From Eukaryota sp. TZLM1-RC (taxonomy: Eukaryota; Protista; Metamonada: BaSk clade), in the NCBI GenBank assembly GCA_040285825.1, contig JAUPSS010000008.1, positions 62,001 to 126,000 on the forward strand: a DNA stretch of 64,000 nt. Reading direction: 5' to 3'. The notes below the pieces were generated by a model. It was not told the DNA's origin and ran no database searches. It worked only from the letters and a program-made list of their open reading frames with translations. Shown piece after piece: positions 11,757-24,224 of this stretch. Positions within the stretch are counted from its first letter, which is position 1. Each line of letters opens with the position of its first letter. The position numbers and the translations under genes were made by a program.

Positions 11757-12427
11757 GTAGTGAGAATAAACAGCTCATCTATCAAATTTTACACTTGTCG
11801 CCCCATTTTCGACTTCTGGTTGCCTGTTCTGGGAGGTTTTTAACCCTCAATTTGGTTTTGGCCCTACTTCATAAACTAGGTTCTTATATCCCTCACTCAA
11901 CTTCTTTTCCGAGCTTTAGGACTCCCCCTGTAATCTTTCAACTTCTTTCTATTACTCCCTCAGTTCATGTGCCCACTACTGGCCTTCCACAAACTGCAAC
12001 TTATGCTGCTCTCCCACTGACGCCTCAACCAGTACAGTCCATTTACACACCTTCTGCTCCTGGCTCTCAACCCCGTACCAAACCCAGTTCAAAGACCAGT
12101 TTTTCCGCTAAGAAAAAAAGCTCTTCTGCACGTCCCAAACGACCATCCGTACCTTCCCCTAAGCAGTACATTGCCATTTTTGTCCCTGATAGTCATGCCG
12201 GTCCAGGTGGAAAGAGATCAGCCACAGGTGCTTACATGAACACGTGCTTACAGATAGTATCCAAATTGCTCCAAGACCCTCAAGGTGGAGGTCTTTTCTC
12301 CTCTACGGTCAATAATAGATGCTCAGGTGCTTTGAATTTCGTAATTTGGGCTAGTGTATTGGACATTTTCAGCGTCTGTGTAGATGATGAATCATCAATA
12401 ATGATTGAAACAGGAGAAATATGTTAA
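11732..12427 (+). CDS. Pro/Ser-rich ORF of unknown function, divergent from the Fanzor
   Basis: 231-aa open frame with no recognisable motif; start uncertain. Confidence 0.25.
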   Translation: MTQRGCLSCSENKQLIYQILHLSPHFRLLVACSGRFLTLNLVLALLHKLGSYIPHSTSFPSFRTPPVIFQLLSITPSVHVPTTGLPQTATYAALPLTPQPVQSIYTPSAPGSQPRTKPSSKTSFSAKKKSSSARPKRPSVPSPKQYIAIFVPDSHAGPGGKRSATGAYMNTCLQIVSKLLQDPQGGGLFSSTVNNRCSGALNFVIWASVLDIFSVCVDDESSIMIETGEIC

Positions 12428-12492
12428 GGTTTTCTCTCTCTACTGGAAATATATTGGGCTTTTTTTACAATTTAAACAACAACAACTGGTTC

Positions 12493-12535
12493 TATATGAT
12501 TTATTGAATTTGCACACTTAATTAAATTAACTCAT
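12493..12535 (-). mobile_element. 43-bp family A 3'-end insertion with TSD
   Basis: Family A 3' UTR flanked by AACAACTGGTTC at 12481-12492 and 12536-12547. Confidence 0.85.
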
Positions 12536-12808
12536 AACAACTGGTTCGAAACTCATCAATAAAGAAAACATTGTTACCATATATATATATTTCAAAAAAA
12601 GATTCACTGTATTATTCCAGGAACAGTGACATTTTAAAACTCAACAAAAAACCTAAGCTGATTCTTTTACATACTCAAAACCCCCTCACTTGAAGGAAGG
12701 GAAATCTTAGTCAATCTTTTGAACAGCAACTCGCTTATCAGTAAACTCCGCAAAATTGTTCAAAATTGTTGCCGTTAAGCATTTTGCTAGCTTTATGTTA
12801 GTAGGTGT

Positions 12809-14662
12809 TGTTGTAAGGCGGGTTAAGATAAAGATAATTTTATTTAATGTTATTTTCTAAATATATCAAGGTACTCATTAGTGATAACCTACACTACCTT
12901 CTCCCGTTTTCTTAATTGAAATTATTTACAGTTGTTCTTCCGCTTCCTTTGCGGATAAGGCTTTTGCTGAGGCAAAAAGAGAGCCCGAGCTGCGTTGTTG
13001 GATTTAATAGATTTACGTTTTCTTTTATTTGGTTTCTTATTGAATCGTTGATACGCTTCTGAATATATGATAGAATTGAGTGGTTCTTCAGTAGTATCTG
13101 AACCAAACCATCTTACAGTACAGAAGGGTCCTTGAGCAGTATTATACTCGTCAAGAATTTCTTCGATGACATGTTTACCTGAATCTGTAGCTGCGATTGC
13201 CCTGAGTAGATCAACGTCGTTAGGATCGTCAGTGTTATAAATTTTACAGTCCCTCTTAGCTACTTTTGTTTGTTCACCAATCGTCAGGTCCTTTATTAAT
13301 AAAGTGGAGTTGAAAGGTGTTTCTAAGACCAAATATGGGCCTATCCTTAATCTATGCAATTGATTTGGTTGTTTAGTCTTTCGAAGAAGAAAGTCACCAA
13401 CAACATTTTCTGAATCACCAGTGAACCTTCTCTCCACTCCTTCACGAGGAATCCTAAAATGACCCAAGATATTGCGTTGGGCTGCTTATGGATCGCATCG
13501 CACAGTATGGTTATCTACCTCTTTAGTGAAAAGATATGGCCCAATCCTTCTTCTACCCTTTCACCATAATCGTTGGTAACTTCGGGGCTCCAAAAGGGAG
13601 AAAGTTAAGCAAATAATTCATTTGCTGGGATAGAAGAAGGATCTCTCCTTCCATGATTTCAATTCCCATGTTAATATCTTGCCGTTAAATATCAGACACA
13701 GGTTGATTTTTTGCAAAAGGAGTGTGCGATTCCTGCTGGATTTTGGGCTGTTGATAGGTATTTCGCTAAAGGAGCACAAATTATTCGCTCAGAAGGAGGA
13801 ATGAAGAAAATCTGTTGCCGTTTCAGAGGAGTCTGACTTAATACTGGAAAAGGTAACCTGACAAAAAGTTCTGGAGAAGGGGCTGGAGTATTTGTTATGG
13901 GAGCAGGACCTTCAGAAAAAAGAGCCTCTACCGCTGGATGAATAGTTTGTCGAAAACCTTTTGCAGGAACTTCCGCAGAAGTAGAAGGAGGTTGTCGTGT
14001 TTTTCCAGAAACTTCCGAAGAAGGAGTGGAAGGCACAACCGAGCGCACAAACTATGGGGGAAGAGGGTGACTCTAGAAGCTTACCCTTCAACAAGTCAGA
14101 ATTCTTGTTGCTGGCTGAATCAAGGCCAGTCTCTTCTTTGATGTAATTCAGATAATTGTTTAAATTATAAAAAGTCTTGAGACCCTTTCATAGGTTCCTC
14201 ATCCTTTTCCTCAGACTCAAGGGGATGAAAAAGAGGAGTAAAAGAAACTACGTATTCGTCAGGTTAAACATGGAGATTGATAGGAACCACAGGCAAAACC
14301 GAAAATGGAGTGTCCTGACACCGTAGGATAGAGCAACTAATATTTCCCTCGCCAGCAGAGGTTGTTTCTGTTCCCAACTGAGGAGTTTGGGCGGAAGAAC
14401 TAGGGTTGTCAGCGGAAGGAGGATCAGTCTTATCAGCGTTGGGAACGTTCTGGGAACCCACCGAAGTGGATCCAGTACGTATTGATGATCTGGATAGTTT
14501 AGATGACATGTATACCTAAAAGCAAAGTAATTCATTACGAAGGTAAAATGGTTTCTTTCAGCTTAAGCGCTGGAGTGCAATTGTACATTGAACTAGAATA
14601 AACTATAATGATATAAACTAATCTAAAACTAATATAAATAACAATGCTAGCCAAGGCTAACA
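12809..14662 (-). mobile_element. Degenerate Ty3/Gypsy remnant(s): integrase GPY/chromodomain-like tail, PPT, LTR-like ends
   Basis: ORF 12922..13467 (IGPYLV..IEEILD..CTVRW) is homologous to ORF 36823..37452. PPT AAGAAAACGGGAGAAGGTAG precedes TGTAGG at 12893. The LTR-like stretch 14582-14662 does not match the other end. Confidence 0.65.
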
Positions 14663-15057
14663 GTATCTTGTTATGGCATTCTCGAAATCAATTCGCCATA
14701 ATTAACAGCTAAACACGGTTTTCTATCGAGTTAGATAACCAGGGGTGAGGAAACAAGTAGATTAGAATTTTGTAAAGGAAATCTTGGTTCACGCAATTTC
14801 ATATCAGTAAATGTTCACCAGTGCTGAATGTCACTGACAGTATATTCCACAAAGTATTTTGATCGATTTCAGTTTTTTATTAAAGTATCTACAGATGATG
14901 TTTTTTGTAGGCGTATCCCAATTGTGGATTAATCTCAGGTTGCTTGTGGAAAATTAATTTAAAAAAATGAAACATGTTAAGTTTTTATATTAAAATGGCT
15001 ACTTATCCACCAAAATGAAAACAACAAAAAACTAAAATACACTAAAACTAAACAAAA

Positions 15058-18000
15058 CTAATAACTGAAGCAGTCAGAATCATCAGTTGAATCAAACATT
15101 GCTGACTCGGAACCCAAATTACAAAAGTCTTCTACCTGCGTTCTACACTTACAATCAGAACAGCAGACTGAAGCAGTGGGCTTGGAAGAAGAAAAACAAG
15201 AAAAACCACGAAGGTACACTACGGGTAATTTGCCCGTAACAACGAATTGCTGGCCAAACGCAAATCGAACACTAACACCACAATTACGAAGAACATTGGC
15301 AAACTTTTGTGAAGCTACTATATGATTGGGTAAGGCTGCACCTTGAAACTTACCCACATTATCCACAACATCTCCAAACAAGTCAAAGCATATTCGATGG
15401 GAACCCACAAATCCAGCCAAAACTGGTCCATAATCAATACCAATTCGAACCTTAATTGAATCTTTGTAAGCAAAGTTTTTGACAGTTGATATGATATCGA
15501 GTGCAAATAAAGCAACATCAATGGCATGTTGCTGAACTGTTGAACCATCAAGTCCAGCACAAGCCACGTAAGCGTCCCCTAAAGTTCTGATCTTTTCAAC
15601 ATGGCTTCCTCTTTTGGACAAACACTTATCCAATAGATTGAACAATTCATTGAGCATTACAACAACTTCTTTAGCAGAATGAACAGTAGAAAATGATGTA
15701 AATTCTATAATATCAATAATAATTACAGTAGCATTGATATACCGTGGCTGAAAGTGCTTCGATAAATCATGCGAAACAGAAGAACTTTTGTATTTGTTGT
15801 ATATGTGGGACGGTAATAGATTCATTAGCAAGCCTCGAACATTCTTTTGTTTAGAGATCAAGAGTTGGTGAGCAATAACAGTTGGTTGGCGTTTGATCGA
15901 TACCATTGAAGCTGAAATGAGTCCAACAACCAGACCTAACAGGGTGGTAACAAAAGCAACAAGATCAAGAAATGAAGGGAGTTTGAAAGTCATTGGAATT
16001 AAACCGCTGGTGAAAAGATCAAGTAAGGAACCAAAAGTGAGAAGTACGCAACTATAAGGGACATAATATTTCAAATAAGAATACGAACCATGAAAAGTCC
16101 CAACTGTTATTGAAATACTAAACAGATAATAAATAGCAAATGATTTTACACTTGTATCATTATCGGCAGCCATGCAGAAAAGAACTGACCCAAATAGAAT
16201 GATACAAGATACCACTGAACACTGTTTGGTAAAGATTTCAACATTATTCCTTGATCTATAGTTTCCAATGTGAAATAGAGCTAGTATACTAATAACTAAC
16301 CAGTAACAAAAAAGAACCGCGGGGAACACAATGGTAGAACCTAAAGTAATTATACGTATAGTAATTGAGAACTGAGCAGCCAGTAAATACAGCTGAAACA
16401 ACATTGAACCCATAAATATTGTGAGTATAAGGAAAGTTATCACGTGAGAGGAAAGCAGAACATTAGTACTGTATCTTAATTGATCTGATAAATCCAAGTT
16501 CGCAGGATTTGAAGATGAACTGCTCTGACGCAAGAAAAATCCATTTGAAGATCCTTTTATAAGGGATACCAAGTACTGAAATAGCGACTTTGTTGATATT
16601 GATGAAAGGTCATCGGCTTCTACATCTGAAGAACCATCATCAAGTTCAGAGTAAGTATTAATCTCATCGAATCCTTCCACATTACACAGGTCGACTCTCC
16701 AACTACCATTACGAAAGGAAGGGATGAAGTTAGTCTCGCTCAGTGATTCAGACAAGCAAGTGCCTTCCAATAACGAACTTGAAGGAGGAGCAGTGATATA
16801 TAACGAAGCAATCTTATTATTTACTGCAGACGACAAAGAGTCACAGCAATCCGAATCTTTTCTACACAGATTAATGATACCTTGCTTTGGATCGCCCTCA
16901 ATTGAAGGTACATTAACGCTAGGAACTTCAGAGAAACTTTCAGAGCAGCATGAGCCAAACGTACTGTCTACTCTATTCTTGACCAAACAACCATTACTAC
17001 AAAATGACGTGATCTTGGGCAAGGAAAAGAGATCAGAATCAGAAATGTTTCTAGAAAGTGTGTTTTTGATTTGAAAGGTAGAAGTTGAATTAACATTTCC
17101 TCGTTCAAAACTATGGATGGAGTTCCGTCTAAACAACATATCATTTAATCTTGTGTCGTTAAATGAAGCTTTTGAAGTTCTATACTTAGGGGATAAAGAA
17201 ATTTGAGTGGAATAGAGATGAAACAAAGGGAGGGTATTAATACGTTCCATAAAATACCACTTAGCAGGCTTCTTTACCCTGGCAGTGAAGGCACCAACTT
17301 CTCCTTTACCTTTCAAATAAACATTCTGTCTTGATTCAAACCAACAAAATCCTGAACAATCTTGAACCAAATCATCATATAATGAATCACAAAGAACAAT
17401 ATCAAAAGGGCTCGCTATTGCCATTAGCCTTGCAGCAGTGTTTACGGCATCACCCCATACATCAAAGACAATTCTCCGAAATCCGATAACACCACCCGCA
17501 GTGGAACCCCTTGCAACACCAACTCTAACGGAGAGAGGACTACTCGAGAAGGATGGCAAATTATGGGTTAACTCCACTAAAGCAAGGCAGAATTTGAGAA
17601 CATTGAGGTGCTTTGAACTTGACTTGTTTGAGTTTGAAGTAAAAATCTCTTCTATTGAAGAAGACGAAGCCATATAAGTGTATTGGATAGTCTTTAGTTT
17701 CGGTACTTTGTAGTAGATGGATAAATCGTCAAACATTGAGAAAATTCTATTCAAAGTCACCAAAACTGTCTTTGAGTTTTCAGGACAAAGCCGTGGAAGA
17801 CCCAAAACTTCTGCAAATATTATAATTGAGTTATCAAAAACATGGACAATTGGATGAGGCGAACTCTTCAATTGCTTGAAAATTTTTTTTGGGACGATGT
17901 TGCAAATTAATTCACTTGCCCTTTTGCGTAGTCTGTCGATTTCCCGGGCTTGTACCCAATAATGTCTGATACCAAACTCTACAACACGATGTAGTACAAT

Positions 18001-18606
18001 ATGCGTCATTACGAAAACAAAGAAAATAGTAGAAACCAGTACCCTGTCAATAGCGAGCTTAGAATGGTAAATAACAACCAAGCCAAGAAAAGCAAACAAT
18101 AGTGAGTAACTTAAGTTTGAGGTCCAAGGTAACCCCCCTGAGAGGTAAAGGAAAAGAAGAGGAAACAATAGGGAAATACCACCAAAAAAGATATGAAACC
18201 ATGTGGTGACAAAGGAAAAAGTACAAAGAAAAAGAAAAGGAATGATATACTTGAGAGGAATTCGGGTAATGTACAGAAAGATGATCGTTGTTGAAGCAAT
18301 CTCAAAACACATAAGAAGTAGGATTATGAAGTTGGATGATTGTTGGATGAATATGAGAGTTTGGAGAAGGAGAATGGCAAGTACTGCAGTCACCAATGCA
18401 ACACGAGCATGCCATATTCTGTTGTACCAAAGGTGAAGGCGAAACTTCGTTTCTAATGACTTGTTGGAAAAGTGTAAGGTGAGTCTACTGAACTTGTACT
18501 CAGATAGAACGAGAGGATCAACACAGGGAAAACCAAAAGCAGACGAAGCCAGTTCGAAATCAAGTGTGCTGCGAGAGTTGGCAGAAGAGCGGAGCCGTTG
18601 CTCCAT
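15058..18606 (-). CDS. Membrane class III adenylyl cyclase (2 x ~6 TM, two catalytic domains)
   Basis: Domain 1: KLKTI, VRVGV, FDVWGDAVNTAARL. Domain 2: DIIEFT, EKIRTLGDAY, RIGID, FDLFGD. First ATG at 18606 (frame open to TTG at 18642). Confidence 0.9.
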   Translation of the reverse strand: MEQRLRSSANSRSTLDFELASSAFGFPCVDPLVLSEYKFSRLTLHFSNKSLETKFRLHLWYNRIWHARVALVTAVLAILLLQTLIFIQQSSNFIILLLMCFEIASTTIIFLYITRIPLKYIIPFLFLCTFSFVTTWFHIFFGGISLLFPLLFLYLSGGLPWTSNLSYSLLFAFLGLVVIYHSKLAIDRVLVSTIFFVFVMTHIVLHRVVEFGIRHYWVQAREIDRLRKRASELICNIVPKKIFKQLKSSPHPIVHVFDNSIIIFAEVLGLPRLCPENSKTVLVTLNRIFSMFDDLSIYYKVPKLKTIQYTYMASSSSIEEIFTSNSNKSSSKHLNVLKFCLALVELTHNLPSFSSSPLSVRVGVARGSTAGGVIGFRRIVFDVWGDAVNTAARLMAIASPFDIVLCDSLYDDLVQDCSGFCWFESRQNVYLKGKGEVGAFTARVKKPAKWYFMERINTLPLFHLYSTQISLSPKYRTSKASFNDTRLNDMLFRRNSIHSFERGNVNSTSTFQIKNTLSRNISDSDLFSLPKITSFCSNGCLVKNRVDSTFGSCCSESFSEVPSVNVPSIEGDPKQGIINLCRKDSDCCDSLSSAVNNKIASLYITAPPSSSLLEGTCLSESLSETNFIPSFRNGSWRVDLCNVEGFDEINTYSELDDGSSDVEADDLSSISTKSLFQYLVSLIKGSSNGFFLRQSSSSSNPANLDLSDQLRYSTNVLLSSHVITFLILTIFMGSMLFQLYLLAAQFSITIRIITLGSTIVFPAVLFCYWLVISILALFHIGNYRSRNNVEIFTKQCSVVSCIILFGSVLFCMAADNDTSVKSFAIYYLFSISITVGTFHGSYSYLKYYVPYSCVLLTFGSLLDLFTSGLIPMTFKLPSFLDLVAFVTTLLGLVVGLISASMVSIKRQPTVIAHQLLISKQKNVRGLLMNLLPSHIYNKYKSSSVSHDLSKHFQPRYINATVIIIDIIEFTSFSTVHSAKEVVVMLNELFNLLDKCLSKRGSHVEKIRTLGDAYVACAGLDGSTVQQHAIDVALFALDIISTVKNFAYKDSIKVRIGIDYGPVLAGFVGSHRICFDLFGDVVDNVGKFQGAALPNHIVASQKFANVLRNCGVSVRFAFGQQFVVTGKLPVVYLRGFSCFSSSKPTASVCCSDCKCRTQVEDFCNLGSESAMFDSTDDSDCFSY

Positions 18607-18675
18607 TCCGATAGATAATGTCTGCAGGAAGATTGTTTTCAAGGAACTGTTAATCTTGAAAGTTTTAACTTAAAC

Positions 18676-19320
18676 TATACATTGTTTCACAACTTTCGCA
18701 TTCGCTACTCGTGATAATGAATTGAGGTTTGGTTGTTGAATCGGACTCATTGGTATACCATCACCTTCAGAATCCTTATCAACATCTCTCTAGCTTTCAT
18801 CAGTGTGTTCAATAACATTGGTTTGAGACTGTTGTCTCTTGAACACCTCTGATCTCTCTCTTCCATCCAAAATGTCTTCAGATAACAAATCAATATTCAA
18901 TATGTGCAGAATTTGTATCTCAATTCCAGAACGTTTTGCATTGATTACATTGCCTCAGGCCCCATGGAACTACTTGTCGAACCTTATAGTTGCCCAATTC
19001 ATCCTTTTCCAAAAGCTTTGAAATACGTTTTCTTATTCTCTTGTCGTTGGTATTTTCAATTCTTCAACTAATTCTCCATTTGCTAGACTTCTCTGTTCAC
19101 TCTTACTCGTATCTGCCTTACTCATAACCAACTTTCAGGGACTGTTTCTACCCTTATCATTGCTTCCTCCAACTTTTCTTTTACTTTTACTTTCTTTTTA
19201 TTATTTGAATCTGTCGTTAAATTCCATTTTTTTCTTTCTGACATGAATATCCCGTCTAATTGAGTTTAGTGTTTTCGTAAAGTTGGGATCATCGTATTTG
19301 TAGGAAGTTTCCATGTAAAC
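18676..19320 (-). pseudogene. Fanzor1 family F2, 3' remnant with right end, copy 1
   Basis: Translates WGLRQCNQCKTFWN*DTNSA..EDILDGRERSEVFKR. Homologous to 35327-35655. Confidence 0.78.
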
Positions 19321-19349
19321 AAATATTTAAAGTAATTTAAATATTTTTG

Positions 19350-22300
19350 TTTATTGAATTTGCACACTTAATTAAATTAACTCATAACTAATGGGACGAT
19401 TATCATTGAACCAAGATTTCCTCTACAAAATCTTGAGCTACTTGCTGTCTAGCTAAAGCTTCTCTTATTCGATTGAAAAACCGAGGTAATCTATTAATAA
19501 TGGCAACTTGAATCCGTGAACGCCATAAAAAAATATCAAATCTCTTCATTGTTTTTTCTTGCACCATTTTTTGGAAGTCATTCAAAAAAGTTTCTGCTTC
19601 AACTGATAATCTTCCATTTATCGAAAATGGGAAAGCAATAAAAACCAGCTGTGTATTTCTATCGACATTAGCCTCTTCAATATCTTTATCATATTTTCTA
19701 TGTTTCTCTTTTGCTTTAAAATCCAGAGCAGCCACAGGATTAAGTTTTCTTCTGTGAACCAAAGTATCATTTGCAACATTACATGAGACAAAGTCAACAA
19801 TAGCTTCAGAATTATCAATCCAATCACAGTATACATCACCTCTATCATCAGAACCAAAATTATTCAGAGAAAGTGTTTCCTTCAGCAGGGGCTCTTTGAT
19901 ACACGATATCCTTGCAGTTTGTGCCATATTGAAAACAGTGTCTCTAACAGCATCATGTAATGAAGAACGATAAGTTATCAATTTAGAACAATTTAGAGCA
20001 TGGCGCACAGTGAGTTGAGGTGAATTCGAACAAATACATTTTTCTTTTGATAATAATTGATTAATGAGGATATTCAAAAATATATATAATATAAATAAAT
20101 TTTATATATATAATATATATAGATATTCAAAAGGATATTCAATTATAATCTCATTTTTGTTACAAATGCTTCATTAGTGTCACACAATCCAAATCTTCGT
20201 GGTACAATGGTTACAGAAAGTGAAGAATCTGACGACTTGTTGTCACAAACACCCTTTTCCAATAACAATGAGTGAAGATCTTGATTTAAAACAGCCGAGC
20301 TGCTTATTTTATTATAAAGATCATTTTCATACATTCCAGTCAATCGTTTCTGTAATGTTCGAAGAGTGTATTTTAAATTTAAAAAATTGTTTTCAGGAAT
20401 AGTACCATTGAATGATTGGGGAAAACATCGACCCCATTTTTCTACATCAATTTTTGAAATTTCTTCATTTAATGCAAAAACAGTGGAACTTTGCGTTGCC
20501 ATCAATAAATCTTCCCAATCTGCAAATCTTTCGGAAAACTCAAAGATTGCATTTCTGCATCCACCAACAAAAGCACACGAGGCAAGAATAGAAGCCTTCG
20601 TCCACCCTAAACCGCCATAATGTGGACTAAGGTAAGCATGATCTGGAATTTGAAACATTTTACATCCCAGTAATTGCGACAGAACTTTTGCACGTAACTC
20701 ATTAAACTTCTCAGCCAAAGGTCTAGTGACGAGAGGATTTGTAGATCGAAATATATGATTAAAATTGGAACTAAAACACAGTCTTATAATGGTAAATTTA
20801 ATGTGTTTTTTTATATCTAAATTCATCATTCGATCAATTTTGTCAGAAATTGAGTTCAACTTTTCAAACAAGTTTTTGGTAATTTCATCATTATTTTCTA
20901 AAAACGAACCCAAATGACGAAAAGCATCAATTGAATATAATTTGGCTTGAATTTCAATACCATCAACTATTGTGGAAACTGGATAATTCGATAACAAAAC
21001 AGATTTAAGTAAATTAAGTCGGAGACCAGTTTTGGTAAATAATTCTTTAAAACATACAGTTGCTTGTTTCACAATATTTAAATCACCAATAAGCACAACA
21101 TCATCCATATATGCAATCATTTTTAGTGAAGCAAACATCTCTTGAATTTGCAGTAAAATAGGATGAATGGCCAAACAAAACAAAAGAGGTCCTAACGGAT
21201 CTCCTTGCTTTACACCACTTGATGAACTCAAAATGTTATTACCAAAATGTAAATTAGAATATGTGCAATATGTTGATTGAAAATACGGTATTAATTCCGG
21301 CATATATTGCAATAGAGCACCATGGATACTGCGACGACTTAGTGAATTGAAAGCATTACTAAAATCCAATGACATACAAACATTGGATTCATTTTGGCGA
21401 AATAAAACATCAGTAGAAAATATCGCTGAAGAGACTCCATTTGTGGTATTAATACCATATTGAAAGGGTAATAAAATTTTTTTGCTTTCTCATTGAACCT
21501 GCTTAAGCAACACGCAGAAAAAATATTATGTAAGCTCTCAGAAACTGCAATAGGACGAACAACCATTTTTGAATTTTTGACAAGTGCAGTCAAACGAGAA
21601 CTTCTTAATTCTTCTGGGTATTTGAGTTGACCAGACAATATTTTGTTGAAAAATTTGGTTAATAAACCAAGACAATCCTCTGAAGAAATAATTGCGGCTT
21701 TTACATGATCAATAGTAATACCAGAAAGTCCGGCAGACTTACCGCGTGGTCTCTTTTTGATCACCGAAAAAACTTCTGATGGCATCAATGGATAATTTTC
21801 CCAGTATGTGCCGTAAAAATTTTGATTCATTATAGGGTCTTCATAAGGATGAAGTATTTTTAGTTTATCTATTGTATTTTCATTGTTGGGTGCTTTAACT
21901 CCGGGACTTAAAGCTGACAAAGCCTTGGACCATTTGTTGTCAAAGCATTTGTCTTCAAAAATTTTACTTAATTTCTCGGATGATTGATTTCTCGGTGCTA
22001 TATTAGTTAAATTTTCGGAATTACTTACGAAATTTTGTTCAAAAGGAGGACAAAAAGAACCAAAAAAAATTCCCAAATAATATTGATAGCATACTTTCCT
22101 TTACATAATTGATCCAAAAATCTTTGAAAAACGAAAGCAAATTCGTTGCATTTGGTCGGATGAATTTCTTGAGGTATTCTTATGGGAGGATGGTAGTTAT
22201 CAACTATGCGGCATTTCAAGCATCAATCAGAAGTTTTTCCTTTGCATTTTTTTCCAAAAAGAAATACCACAATTGTTGCAAGTTTTGTGCTTCAATCGAT

Positions 22301-22358
22301 TGCTAACTGGTTTTGTAACAACTTGTGGAGCATCATTTATGGGTTCTACCTTAGACAT
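19350..22358 (-). mobile_element. Family A non-LTR, longest copy (~3 kb), disrupted
   Basis: ORFs 19403..20077, 20143..21375 and 21339..22076 carry the RT, zinc finger and endonuclease motifs. 3' UTR at 19350-19400. Confidence 0.92.
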
Positions 22359-24224
22359 ATTGCACATATTCTAATTTACATTTTTGGTAATAACATTTTG
22401 AGTTCATCAAGTGGTGTAAAGCAAGGAGATCCGTTAGGACCTCTTTTTGTTTTGTTTGGCCATTCATCCTATTTTACTGCAAAATTCAAGAGATGTTTGC
22501 TTCACTAAAAATGATTGCATATATGGATGATGTTGTGCTTATTGGTGATTTAAATATTGTGAAACAAGCAACTGTATGTTTTAAAAGAATTATTTACCAA
22601 AATTGGTCTCCGACTTAATTTACTTAAATGTGTTTTTGTTATCGAATTATCCAGTTTCCACAATAGTTGATGGTATTGAAATTCAAGCCAAATTATATTC
22701 AATTGATGCTTTTTCGTCATTTGGGTTCGTTTTTAGAAAATAATGATGAAATTACCAAAAACTTGTTTGAAAAGTTGAACTCAATTTCTGACAAAATTGA
22801 TCGAATGATGAATTTAGATATAAAAAAACACATTAAATTTACCATTATAAGACTGTGTTTTAGTTCCAATTTTAATCATATATTTCGATCTACAAATCCT
22901 CTCGTCACTAGACCTTTGGCTCAGAAGTTTAATGAATTACGTGCAAAAGTTCTGTCTCAATTACTGGGATGTAAAATGTTTCAAATTCCAGATCATGCTT
23001 ACCTTAGTCCACATTATGGCGGCTTAGGGTGGACGAAGGCTTCTATTCTTGCCTCGTGTGCTTTTGTTGGTGGATGCAGAAATGCAATCTTTGAGTTTTT
23101 CCGAAAAATTTGCAGATTGGGAAGATTTATTGATGGCAACGCAAAGTTCCACTGTTTTTGCATTAAATGAAGAAATTTCAAAAATTGATGTAGAAAAATG
23201 GGGTCGATGTTTTCCCCAATCATTCAATGGCAATATTCCAGAAAAAAATGTTTTAAGTTTGAAGTACACTCTTCGAACATTACAGAAACGATAGACTGGA
23301 ATGTATGAAAAAGATCTTTATAATAATATATGCAGCTCGGCTGTTTTAAATCAAGATCTTCACTCATTGTTATTAGAAAAGGGTGTTTGTGAAAACAAGT
23401 CGTCAGATTCTTCACTTTTTGTAACCATTGTACCACGAAGATTTGGATTGTGTGCCAATAATGAAGCATTTGTAACAAAAATGAGATTAAAATTGAACAT
23501 CCCCATTAATCAATTATTATCAAAAGAAAAATGTATTTGTTCGAATTCACCTCGACTCTCTTTGCGCCATGCTCTGAATTGCTCTAAATTGATAACTTAT
23601 CGTTCTTCATTACATGATGCTGTTAGAGACACTGTTTTCAATATGGCACAAACTGCAAGGATATCGTGTATCAAAGAGCCCCTGCTGAAGGAAACACTTT
23701 CTCTGAATAATTTGGTTCTGATGATAGAGGTGATGTATACTGTGATTGGATTGATAATTCTGAAACTATTGTTGACTTTGTCTCATGTAATGTTGCAAAT
23801 GATACTTTGGTTCACAGAAGAAAAACTTAATCCTGTGGCTGCTCTGGATTTTAAAGCAAAAGAGAAACATAGAAAAAATGATAAAGATATTGAAGAGGCT
23901 AATGTCGATAGAAATACACAGCTGGTTTTTATTGCTTTCCCATTTTCGATAAATGGAAGATTATCAGTTGAAGCAGAAACTTTTTGGATGACTTCCAAAA
24001 AAATGGTGCAAGAAAAAAACAATGAAAAAGATTTGATATTGTTTTATGGCGTTCACGGATTCAATTTGCCATTATTAATAGATTACCACGGTTTTTCAAT
24101 CGAATAAGAGAAGCTTTAGCTAGACAGCAAGTAGATCAAGATTTTTGTAGAGGAAATCTTGGTTCAATGATAATCGTCCCATTAGTTATGAGTTATTTTT
24201 AATTAAGTGTGCAAATTCAATAAA
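22355..24224 (+). mobile_element. Family A non-LTR 3' portion, duplicate of 7031-8888
   Basis: Same ACAT junction and same premature TAG (CGATAGACT). Many extra homopolymer indels. Confidence 0.9.

Noticed and set aside
18655-18676. Fanzor guides targeting TEs or viral genes in this window
   Set aside because: I saw no convincing second match for the putative guide sequences by eye; a genome-wide search is needed.
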